Below, piece after piece: positions 16,068 through 24,249 of a stretch of DNA of 32,000 bases (the stretch's first letter is position 1; the number at the start of each line of letters is the position of its first letter). The stretch comes from Thermofilum adornatum. Its GTDB lineage: Archaea; Thermoproteota; Thermoprotei; Thermofilales; Thermofilaceae. The notes beneath the pieces are model-generated. The model saw nothing but the letters and a program-made list of their open reading frames with translations. It was not told where the DNA came from and did no database searches. The stretch is from the NCBI RefSeq assembly GCF_000446015.1, contig NC_022093.1, positions 1,170,001-1,202,000 of the forward strand, in the 5' to 3' direction. The translations under genes and the position numbers were made by a program.

Positions 16068-17813
16068 TCATTCGAAAACCTTGACATCCTTTTTCTTTAA
16101 ATAATTCTGAGACCACTCCTTTATATCTCGAGAGGAATCAGCCTCCTCAATCATTTCTCTAACTTCCTCAGCTAGCTCTGCAAAGTTAATCCTCCTAACA
16201 ACATATTTAACTTTCCCTACAAAGCCCGGAGCTACACTCAGTCCCTTAATACCTAGACCGACAAGAACAGGTATAGCAACACCTCTACTAGCCATTTCGC
16301 CACATACTTCCGTCTCTACCCCCTCACGAATATGGTCAAGGGCGTACGACATAAGCCTCAAAACGGATGGATTAAGTTCATCGTAGACATTGCTTACATA
16401 TGTACTTGTTCTATCTGCCGCTAAAACATACTGGGTTAAATCATTCGTACCAAAGCTAACAAAGCTCAATCTGCCCTTATCTACGAGTTCTCTTACTAGC
16501 AAAGCTGCAGAAGGCACCTCTATCATGACGCCCAAAAGAGGGATCTTAACGTTTTGTCCCTCATTCTCTAGCTTTTCCTTTTCTTCTTCAATGAATCTCC
16601 TAAGCTCCTCAACCTCCTCAACTGTGGAGATCATGGGAAACATAACTCTCAAGTCACCATATACCGACGCCCGCAAAGCCGCACGAACCAGAGGCCTAAG
16701 CATTGAGTCACGATACTTTAACAAAAGACGCGTCCCCCTAAAACCCAACTGGGGATTTGCCTCCCTCGGAATCTCTAAAAACCTTACAGGCTTGTCTCCA
16801 CCAATGTCTGGGGCACGCACAGTTAGAGGACCGCCTCCTAGGAACTCTAAGCTCTTCTTAAAGAGATTAAATAATTCCTCCTCACTAGGGGCTACATCCC
16901 TAGCCATGTAAGCAAACTCAATCCTAAACAACCCAACTCCCCCGCAACCATAGCTCGGAGCTACGCGGACCTCCTCTAGGCTACCAGTATTACACATAAC
17001 AGCTACTTTTACCCCGTCAACTGTTATGGGCTCGAGCTTTTCCTCTCTTGCATACAGAGATACTGTTTCCTTATACTCGGCGACTAGAGACTTGTAATTA
17101 TCAATTAATCTTGGGGAGATATCAACAACTAAATAGCCATTCACACAGTCAAGCACAGCGGTAACGTCATTTCTCAAACTGTTTAAGTCAACCTCTTGAG
17201 AAATCAAATAAGGCACACCCTTCAACCTAGCCAATATAGACACATGCGCCGTCAACCCACCTCTCCGAGTAACTAGGCCCGCTAGCCCACCCTCAACAGC
17301 CTCCAAAAACCTAATGGGATCAATTTCTTCTGCTACAAGAATTCTATCTCTCCAATCAACATCTGTCTTAGCCGCTCCAATAATGCTTGAAACCAGGCGG
17401 GCTGAAATGTCATGCAGATCCTGAGACCTAAGAGCAAAAAGCTCACTACCACTCTTAAGCAACTCTGAATATTTCTCGTAAACCCTCTTTACAGCCGAAG
17501 CGGCGCTGAGAGACAGGTTCCGAATAAGTTCTTCAGCCTCTGACACAAGGGAATCAAGCATAAGTAACTGTGCATCAATAATTTCTTGTTCTGCTTTCGG
17601 GAGAATTCTCTTTAAGTCTTCAAGTCTCTTTTTCACTATTAGGCTTGCCTCGTTTAGAAGCTTTGTTTCTTTATCCACACCGTTGGATTTCGATTCAGAA
17701 ATGCTTTCTAATATATCTTTCTCCTTCAGGACAAAAATCCTTCCAATAGCCACCCCAGGAGACACGATTAGGCCTCTATACCTCGTCTCACTGCTCCTCG
17801 GTAAACTACTCAT
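16068..17813 (-). CDS. ptsI: PTS Enzyme I (phosphoenolpyruvate-protein phosphotransferase)
   Basis: 581 aa. Phospho-His loop GGLTAHVSILARLKGVPY, PEP-binding region FRIEFAYM, plus SFGTNDLTQY and VCGEMASRG. Confidence 0.95.
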   Translation of the reverse strand: MSSLPRSSETRYRGLIVSPGVAIGRIFVLKEKDILESISESKSNGVDKETKLLNEASLIVKKRLEDLKRILPKAEQEIIDAQLLMLDSLVSEAEELIRNLSLSAASAVKRVYEKYSELLKSGSELFALRSQDLHDISARLVSSIIGAAKTDVDWRDRILVAEEIDPIRFLEAVEGGLAGLVTRRGGLTAHVSILARLKGVPYLISQEVDLNSLRNDVTAVLDCVNGYLVVDISPRLIDNYKSLVAEYKETVSLYAREEKLEPITVDGVKVAVMCNTGSLEEVRVAPSYGCGGVGLFRIEFAYMARDVAPSEEELFNLFKKSLEFLGGGPLTVRAPDIGGDKPVRFLEIPREANPQLGFRGTRLLLKYRDSMLRPLVRAALRASVYGDLRVMFPMISTVEEVEELRRFIEEEKEKLENEGQNVKIPLLGVMIEVPSAALLVRELVDKGRLSFVSFGTNDLTQYVLAADRTSTYVSNVYDELNPSVLRLMSYALDHIREGVETEVCGEMASRGVAIPVLVGLGIKGLSVAPGFVGKVKYVVRRINFAELAEEVREMIEEADSSRDIKEWSQNYLKKKDVKVFE

Positions 17814-17922
17814 TCTTTAACCCAATCTTCTATTATCAAAAGGATATAAAATGTTTTTAAAAACTAATGCGAAAAACTAATGTTTATATTCCTAAATACA
17901 CAACTGTATTCAGGGTTGACAC
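17814..17922. promoter_or_regulatory. Divergent ptsI / nagA promoter region with palindrome and tandem direct repeat
   Basis: ATTTTATAT on the minus strand (about 17843-17851) lies upstream of ptsI. TTTATATT (17883-17890) and TAAATACA (17893-17900) lie upstream of nagA. Between them are the 12-bp perfect palindrome GTTTTTAAAAAC (17853-17864) and two copies of AAAAACTAATG. Confidence 0.45.
17859..17882 (+). repeat. Tandem direct repeat AAAAACTAATG x2 (13-bp period)
   Basis: Exact 11-mers at 17859-17869 and 17872-17882, abutting the nagA TATA-like box. Confidence 0.6.
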
Positions 17923-19080
17923 TTGAGAATTCAAGTTAGGAATGCGCATGTTTTGACTCCGCTAGAAGATATCGGCGTGGTTAATATCTCTATAAGGGAT
18001 GGCGTAATTGAGAGTTTCAATGTCCAAGGAACACCGGACAAAATAATAGATGCTGAAAGACAGTATGTCGCCCCAGGATACATCGATACCCATATACACG
18101 GCTATGCAGGCATAGATGTTACGGAGGCTTCGCCAGAAGAAATACTAGAAATGTCACAAAAACTTGCAGGACGTGGAGTGACGGCATTCTTGGCTTCAAC
18201 AGTCGCCGCACCCCACGAGAAACTTGTCCAAGCCTGTAGAAACATTACAAAGGCGGCTGAATCGTGGTCTCCCTCTAAAGGTGCGAGAATTCTTGGACCT
18301 CATCTAGAGGGCCCCTATCTAAATCCCTCCATGAAGGGTGCCATGAATGAAGCATATCTGAGAAAGCCAAGCCTGAAAGAGTTTGAAGACTACTACCTTG
18401 CTTCGAAGGGACTTCTCAGAAAAATAACGGTCGCGCCTGAGCTCGAGGGAGCCATAGATTTCATCAAATCCGTAAAGAGCAGAGGTATAACGGTCAGTTT
18501 GGGGCATTCCCAGGCAACATACGACGAGACCCTTAGAGGAATAGAGGCGGGAGCTACAGTCGCCAACCATATTTTCAACCAGATGAGGCAATTTCACCAC
18601 AGGGAACCAGGCCTCCCATTTGCTCTACTCCTAAACCCTAACACATTTATCGAGATGATTGTAGATTTCATACATCTCCATCCAGCCACTGTTCAACTCG
18701 TATTCAAACTGGCAGGACCCCTACGAACAGTCCTCATAACAGATGCAGTTAGTGCGTCTGGCTTGCCCGATGGCGAGTATGTACTGGGAGGCCTCAAGAT
18801 AACCGTTAAAAATGGCGTTTCAAGGCTGAGTGAAAGCGGGGCCCTGGCCGGAAGCACCTTGACAATGGACAATGCAGTCAAAAATGTGATAAAGGCCGGA
18901 GCAGGCCTTCTAGAGGCACTTACAATGGCTAGCTATACACCCTCTAAGAGCATCGAGGCATTAACACGGGAAAAAATAGGCTACTTAAAGCCCGGATACA
19001 AGGCAGACCTCATTATTCTAGATGAAAAATTAAATGTAAAGAAGACAATTATAAATGGAGAGCTCGTCTACGAGGGATAA
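17923..19080 (+). CDS. nagA: N-acetylglucosamine-6-phosphate (or N-acetylgalactosamine-6-phosphate) deacetylase, NagA/AgaA family
   Basis: 385 aa. Amidohydrolase motifs GYIDTHIHGYAG, HLEGPYLNP, SLGHSQATY, VANHIFNQM and LITDAVSASG. The only in-frame start near the N-terminus is TTG 17923. Confidence 0.85.
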   Translation: MRIQVRNAHVLTPLEDIGVVNISIRDGVIESFNVQGTPDKIIDAERQYVAPGYIDTHIHGYAGIDVTEASPEEILEMSQKLAGRGVTAFLASTVAAPHEKLVQACRNITKAAESWSPSKGARILGPHLEGPYLNPSMKGAMNEAYLRKPSLKEFEDYYLASKGLLRKITVAPELEGAIDFIKSVKSRGITVSLGHSQATYDETLRGIEAGATVANHIFNQMRQFHHREPGLPFALLLNPNTFIEMIVDFIHLHPATVQLVFKLAGPLRTVLITDAVSASGLPDGEYVLGGLKITVKNGVSRLSESGALAGSTLTMDNAVKNVIKAGAGLLEALTMASYTPSKSIEALTREKIGYLKPGYKADLIILDEKLNVKKTIINGELVYEG

Positions 19081-19082
19081 AA

Positions 19083-20912
19083 ATGGGAGGAATATTCGCT
19101 GCTATTTCAAAAAGTTCTGAAAACACTGTTCCCATAGTAATAGAAGGCCTTAGAAGGCTTAAATACAGGGGCGCAGACAACTCGGGAATAGCTGTTCTTC
19201 TAGACGGACGCATAGAGATTTTCAAGGAAGCGGGATCAATAGAGGCAGTTTCAGCGAAACTCGGACTAGAAAACATATCCTCAAGAATAGTCTTGGGACA
19301 CACGCGCTTCGCCACCCATGGACGACCCACTGTTGAAAATGCTCATCCCCACACCGACTGTGAAAGAAGGATTGCTGTCGTCGGAGACGGCTCACTCTCA
19401 AACTATGAAGATTTAAGAGACAAACTGCTGATGGAGGGCCACAAGATTACTTCGAGATCAGACTTTGAGGTAGTTGCACATATATTTGAGTCTCTTCTCA
19501 ACAAAGAATATCAGTCATCAGAGTTCCTGAAGGAGATTTACTCGAAAATGGAAGGATACTTCTCATTTGCAGTTCTGGAGGCAGAAAAACAAAGAATAAT
19601 CGCGACAACAAATGGGCCCAAACTTTTCTACGGGCTGTCAGACAAATACGTTCTCCTTTCCAGTAGCCAATACGCCCTGCACGGCTTTGCAGACCAATAC
19701 GGCGAGCTCTCTCCAGGAGAACTAATAATCCTTTCAAAAGATGGGCCCACCATTTACACCTCAGAAGGCTTAGCGAAACAGGTACAGTCTTTACCGCTCC
19801 AACTCGACCCCATACTCGTCGAGAAAGGCGGCTATAAACATCACATGCTTAGGGAAATAAACGAAGTGCCAGAAGCTCTCCTAAGAACGCTCAGTTCTGT
19901 GCAAAAGAGATATTTGAACCTCGCGGGAAGACTGGTAACAGGAGCCGACAATATCTACATCATAGCAAACGGCACAAGCCTACACGCAGGCATGATAGCC
20001 TCCTACTACTTCTCCGAGCTCGCCGGCATAAGCCCAATAGTGACAAGTGCGGCCGAGTTCCCACTATACTACCTGGAAAACGTCGGGCCAGGAACCCTCG
20101 TCATTGCTATTTCCCAGTCTGGAGAAACTGGAGACGTATTATCATCTCTATACGAGGCAAAACTTAGAGGAGCCACGATTCTTGGAATAACCAACTATGT
20201 TGGCTCGAGGCTCGCTAGGCTCTCCAATCTCTACTTACCAATTGCCGCAGGACCAGAAATAGCCGTTCCAGCCACAAAGACATTCACCTCAACCCTTCAA
20301 GTTCTCTACCTAGTAGCCCTAAGCTCATCAAGACAAAAAGGCAAAATAGAGGAATCCGAGCAAAAAGCGAGGCTTGAAGCTATCAAGAAGCTTGCACAAA
20401 GCCTTGATGAAAGGCTTGCATTCATAGATAGTGAAGCAACAAAAGCCGCAGAAAAAATATCTCTTTGCAGGTCAGGCTATGTAGTTTCAAGAGGATTAAC
20501 ATATCCCCTCGCACTAGAAGGAGCACTAAAACTAAAAGAGGCCTCGTATTTCCACGCCGAGGGTGTCGAAGCAGGAGAATTCAAGCACGGTCCATTCGTC
20601 CTTGTAGAGCAAGGTTTCGCCACGATATTTATTATGCCTGTCGAAAAGGTTTCTGCAGAGGCAACTTTTCCATCGATAGAGATGGCCAGACAAACAGGTG
20701 CAACCGTAGTAGTGATAGGCTCTGAGAACAATCAGAAGTTGCTTGAGCTTTCACAAGACGGCGTAACTACCATACGAGCCGTAGAGACTGAGAGGCACCT
20801 TGCCCCAATATCGCTGGCTGTACCTCTCCAGCTCCTCGCCTATAGACTAGGCGAAAAACTAAACAGGCCCATAGATACTCCTAGGCACCTAGTAAAAGCC
20901 GTTACACAGTAA
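19083..20912 (+). CDS. GlmS-like protein (GATase-II-like N-domain plus two SIS domains) lacking the catalytic N-terminal Cys; possible sugar-phosphate deaminase/isomerase
   Basis: 609 aa, collinear with glutamine-fructose-6-P aminotransferase (GLRRLKYRG, GHTRFATHG, NAHPH, AISQSGETGD, EGALKLKEASYFHAEGVEAGEFKHGP, C-terminal PRHLVKAVTQ). It begins MGGIF instead of MCGI (codon 2 is GGA, 19086-19088). It has VVGDG instead of VHNG (D102, 19386-19388). Confidence 0.85.
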   Translation: MGGIFAAISKSSENTVPIVIEGLRRLKYRGADNSGIAVLLDGRIEIFKEAGSIEAVSAKLGLENISSRIVLGHTRFATHGRPTVENAHPHTDCERRIAVVGDGSLSNYEDLRDKLLMEGHKITSRSDFEVVAHIFESLLNKEYQSSEFLKEIYSKMEGYFSFAVLEAEKQRIIATTNGPKLFYGLSDKYVLLSSSQYALHGFADQYGELSPGELIILSKDGPTIYTSEGLAKQVQSLPLQLDPILVEKGGYKHHMLREINEVPEALLRTLSSVQKRYLNLAGRLVTGADNIYIIANGTSLHAGMIASYYFSELAGISPIVTSAAEFPLYYLENVGPGTLVIAISQSGETGDVLSSLYEAKLRGATILGITNYVGSRLARLSNLYLPIAAGPEIAVPATKTFTSTLQVLYLVALSSSRQKGKIEESEQKARLEAIKKLAQSLDERLAFIDSEATKAAEKISLCRSGYVVSRGLTYPLALEGALKLKEASYFHAEGVEAGEFKHGPFVLVEQGFATIFIMPVEKVSAEATFPSIEMARQTGATVVVIGSENNQKLLELSQDGVTTIRAVETERHLAPISLAVPLQLLAYRLGEKLNRPIDTPRHLVKAVTQ

Positions 20913-20922
20913 GGGGTACAAC

Positions 20923-22158
20923 TTGTTAGAGTTAGCCTTCACAAAGACAACTATAACTCCTCAGCCGGCTCAAGGACACGAGTTGGCTGGCTACATAACC
21001 AGGAGAGAAAAATCGCAGGGAGTACATGACGATATAGAACTCCGAGCACTACTTATTGAAGACGAGTCAGCGGTCTTGCTTGTTAATCTCGACCTTTTAG
21101 GGGTAGACACACATATCAAGGAAACAATTCAAAGAGTAGCAGAAAAGACAATTGGAAATGTCAATGTTATAGTTACTGCTACACATACTCACTCAGCCCC
21201 AGCGACTCTGTTTACAAACCTCTTGCTTACTTTTGGAGACAATGTTTTCCGAAAGGACTACTTCGATTATTTTGTGGAACAAACCGAGAAGACTTTTTCA
21301 AACATAGCTAATAACCTCGAACCAACTGAGACATATATCTATAAAACAAAGATAAGAGATATAGCCACAGACAGAAACGATCCACGAAACCCTATAGACA
21401 ACGAGGCACTTCTGCTAACTTTTGCCTCGAAGGGGGAAACTAAGGGTTTCCTTGTAAATTACGCAGTCCACCCTACAGTATTAGGACCCGACAATTTACT
21501 TATAACTAAGGATCTCATTGAATATATTCTCAAAGGACTTTATTCTGTCCTTAAAACAAATATAGGCCTCTTCCTAAATGGTGCGGCAGGCAATATTTCA
21601 ACAAGGTTTACCAGGAGAGCACAAACATTCAGTGAAGCTGAAAGAATCGGCAATGAATTTGCACGCCAAGTTTTGGTATCGAAATTTAGGCTCCACAATG
21701 TGGAAAATCTTAGAATAGTGTCCAAAGAAATAACTGTTTCTTTCAAAGAATATACCGAGGAGGAAATACGCAAGCTATCGATGCCTACATGGAAAGACGG
21801 AACACGTAGAAGCGAGTCGCTGAGAGAAGGAATAGAAGCTTTAAACAAACTTTATCCAATTATTTCAAAGAAAAGATACACAGCGAAAGCTGAAATAATA
21901 GGTCTAAATCTGGGCGACCTCAAAATGGTATTCGTCCCGTTCGAACTGCATTCAGATATTTCTCTAAGTTTAAAAAAACTGGTGGAGCCTCGATATCTTG
22001 CGCTTGTAGGATATACAAATGAATATTTTGGCTACTTATTGATGAAGGAGGCCGAGCCAGGATACGAAAAAATAATGCAGTTTGTAGATGAGAAAACGCG
22101 TCAACAAGTGTTTTCTGCGATATGTAATGTGCTAGACATCGATCCAGGTTCCCTGTGA
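20923..22158 (+). CDS. Neutral/alkaline ceramidase N-terminal-domain-like hydrolase (uncharacterised amidohydrolase)
   Basis: 411 aa. ITPQPAQGHELAGY, GVHDDIELRALLIED and VTATHTHSAPA resemble the prokaryotic ceramidase-like family pattern. Starts at TTG 20923 with SD AAGGGGT at 20911-20917. Third gene of the nagA unit. Confidence 0.55.
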   Translation: MLELAFTKTTITPQPAQGHELAGYITRREKSQGVHDDIELRALLIEDESAVLLVNLDLLGVDTHIKETIQRVAEKTIGNVNVIVTATHTHSAPATLFTNLLLTFGDNVFRKDYFDYFVEQTEKTFSNIANNLEPTETYIYKTKIRDIATDRNDPRNPIDNEALLLTFASKGETKGFLVNYAVHPTVLGPDNLLITKDLIEYILKGLYSVLKTNIGLFLNGAAGNISTRFTRRAQTFSEAERIGNEFARQVLVSKFRLHNVENLRIVSKEITVSFKEYTEEEIRKLSMPTWKDGTRRSESLREGIEALNKLYPIISKKRYTAKAEIIGLNLGDLKMVFVPFELHSDISLSLKKLVEPRYLALVGYTNEYFGYLLMKEAEPGYEKIMQFVDEKTRQQVFSAICNVLDIDPGSL

Positions 22159-23244
22159 GCTAGAAAGATAAAACGAGTCCAACAACTGCTGGTTTCGAAG
22201 CCCCTCTTTTAAGGTTGGCTGATAGTCCTCCCGTAGACCTGCTAAGTACTCTATAAACTGCTTGTACAAGATAACATAGGAGTAAACCCATCCCTCAAAG
22301 CTCTTTGAAATTGGCCATACTAGGTCTGGATAAATCTCCTCGTAACCTTTTACTATTTTCTCGATGCTTTTACTCTTTCTCTTAAAAACATAAAGATTGT
22401 GAGGCTCATTCAGAAGGAATCTTGCACTCCCCTCACTGCCATAGATCTCTATTCTCATCTGTTCTTCAAAGCCTGGAGACACTTTTGAAGCCTCAATACT
22501 GCCTACTTGTCCCTCGTCATACTCGAGAAGTGCAAAACCAACGTCTTCTGTGTCAACTTTACGCCTTGTACCAGTCGCGGGATCAATTCGCTCACCTATT
22601 AGCGTATAGGCCTTGCCGAAAAGCCTCTTAATGCGTCTGCCTGTGACGTTTTCAGCAAGGTCAAGAACATGCACGCCGATATCTGCAAAAACCCCACCTC
22701 CTGCAATGGCCTTGCTCATTCTCCACTCGAAAGGAGTATCTCTGTAAGCATGCTTTGCATGGGCTATTACACCCCGGAACTCTAGAAAGTCTCCTAGCTC
22801 CCCATTCCTAAGAAGTCCACGCAAGTATTGGATTCCCGGGGTAAACCTCGAAACTAAACATACAGTCACATTTCTGCCTGCTTTAACAGCATAGCGTTCT
22901 ATTTCGCCGGCTTCATGGAGGCTTAGAGCTACAGGCTTCTCCAAGACAACGTTAAACCCTCTTTCTAAAGCTTTCAACGCTAAAGGATAATGCGTATTAT
23001 TTGGTGTAGCAATTGCAACGAGATCTAAATCTACATTGAAAACCTCATCTTCGCTTGTTGTCCACCTTTTGAACCCAAACTGCCTAGCAGTTTCCTCTGC
23101 ATGAGTAGCTGTTCTACTCAAAACAATTTCAAGCTCTATTTCGGGAAAATCTTTCTTTTTAACTATTCTGTTTAGTGAAGAAAGTGTCCATCCTTGTGCC
23201 TGAGCCGACCACCCCGCCCCTATAAGTCCAGCCTTAATCTTCAC
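22132..23244 (-). CDS. Gfo/Idh/MocA family NAD(P)-dependent oxidoreductase
   Basis: 370 aa. N-terminal Rossmann motif KAGLIGAGWSAQ, EKPVALSLHEA motif, and a C-terminal alpha/beta dimerisation-domain pattern. GTG start 13 nt after the EIIB stop. Confidence 0.8.
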   Translation of the reverse strand: MKIKAGLIGAGWSAQAQGWTLSSLNRIVKKKDFPEIELEIVLSRTATHAEETARQFGFKRWTTSEDEVFNVDLDLVAIATPNNTHYPLALKALERGFNVVLEKPVALSLHEAGEIERYAVKAGRNVTVCLVSRFTPGIQYLRGLLRNGELGDFLEFRGVIAHAKHAYRDTPFEWRMSKAIAGGGVFADIGVHVLDLAENVTGRRIKRLFGKAYTLIGERIDPATGTRRKVDTEDVGFALLEYDEGQVGSIEASKVSPGFEEQMRIEIYGSEGSARFLLNEPHNLYVFKRKSKSIEKIVKGYEEIYPDLVWPISKSFEGWVYSYVILYKQFIEYLAGLREDYQPTLKEGLRNQQLLDSFYLSSSQGTWIDV

Positions 23245-23257
23245 TAGGCATCATCTT

Positions 23258-23761
23258 TTAGAATTTTATACTTCTTATCTTCTCAGCCATATCTAACGGC
23301 TTCGGTGGAAAATCTGGAAGTTGCTGATAATAAAGCTTTATACCCATGTCGAGAAGCTTAAGCAAAGCCTTGTGATCCTCGGGACCAATATCGAATGTTT
23401 TTTCCACCTTGACTCTCCCAGCTCTATAACCCATCTGTCCCAAGAGAACCCACTCAACATTTACTCCAGATTTCTCAATGAAAGCTAGAACATCGACTGG
23501 ATTCTCAAAGAGCATTAATATCTTTAGATTATTATTTACATTCTTGATTTTAATAGCAGCCTCCTCTACCTTCAACACTTCAACAGCAATGCCTGGGGGC
23601 GCAAGCATAACCTGCAACTGCTTCAAGGCAGGATTACTAGCTATCTTATCGTTTACCACCCAAATAGCATTTGCTCCAAATTTCTTTGTCCATGCCGCTG
23701 TTACTTGTCCATGTATAAAACGGTCATCAATACGAATGATAATATTCTGATTGTTTTCCAT
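23258..23761 (-). CDS. PTS mannose/sorbose-family EIIB component
   Basis: IIIRIDDRFIHGQVTAAWTK contains the family's phospho-His motif (RIDDRLIHGQV). ATG 23761 is preferred (SD GGGTG at 23772-23768, 6-nt spacer) over TTG 23764. Confidence 0.9.
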   Translation of the reverse strand: MENNQNIIIRIDDRFIHGQVTAAWTKKFGANAIWVVNDKIASNPALKQLQVMLAPPGIAVEVLKVEEAAIKIKNVNNNLKILMLFENPVDVLAFIEKSGVNVEWVLLGQMGYRAGRVKVEKTFDIGPEDHKALLKLLDMGIKLYYQQLPDFPPKPLDMAEKIRSIKF

Positions 23762-23839
23762 CAATTACACCCAAACTCTTACTCATGTAAGTTTTCATTT
23801 TATCTTTTAAGCTTTTTCTAGGCATCATTAAGACCAGTT

Positions 23840-24244
23840 TTATTTTGAAATTTCAACAAGCTGAGGTCCCACAAAGGCTCTTATTCCCTGCAAGCCCGCG
23901 TCCTTTACTCTAGAAATAAATTCTTGCAGATTACTTCCGAGATCTTCATTCGTGAGGATCTCTATAGCTATTGCCATGTTAAAACCTGTAATGACAGCCT
24001 TAGCCCTTCCCTCTTGGAGCAACATTAATGCGGCCCTACTAGGAGTCCCACCAAACAGATCAGCCAATATTATTGTTTCAGGATCCACTTTACCCGAAAG
24101 CTTCTCATAGTAATTCTCGAGGCTCTCTCCCTCTAAAAGATCTACACAATCAGTCTTCTCTTTGACAGATAAGCCAAGGATCATTGAAACAGCCTCACGC
24201 ATTGCGCACCCAAGGCCTCCATGAGAGGCAAACACTATCCTCAT
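23840..24244 (-). CDS. PTS mannose-family EIIA component
   Basis: N-terminal MRIVFASHGGLG carries the EIIA-Man phospho-His motif. LADLFGGTP follows later. ATG 24244 is preferred (SD GAGGTGA at 24256-24250, 5-nt spacer) over GTG 24253, which overlaps the upstream stop. Confidence 0.85.
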   Translation of the reverse strand: MRIVFASHGGLGCAMREAVSMILGLSVKEKTDCVDLLEGESLENYYEKLSGKVDPETIILADLFGGTPSRAALMLLQEGRAKAVITGFNMAIAIEILTNEDLGSNLQEFISRVKDAGLQGIRAFVGPQLVEISK

Positions 24245-24249
24245 ACCCC

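Noticed and set aside
16390-16911. 173-aa ORF on the + strand inside ptsI
   Set aside because: It is antisense to the best-supported gene in the window (Enzyme I). The product is Ser/Leu/Thr-rich low complexity.
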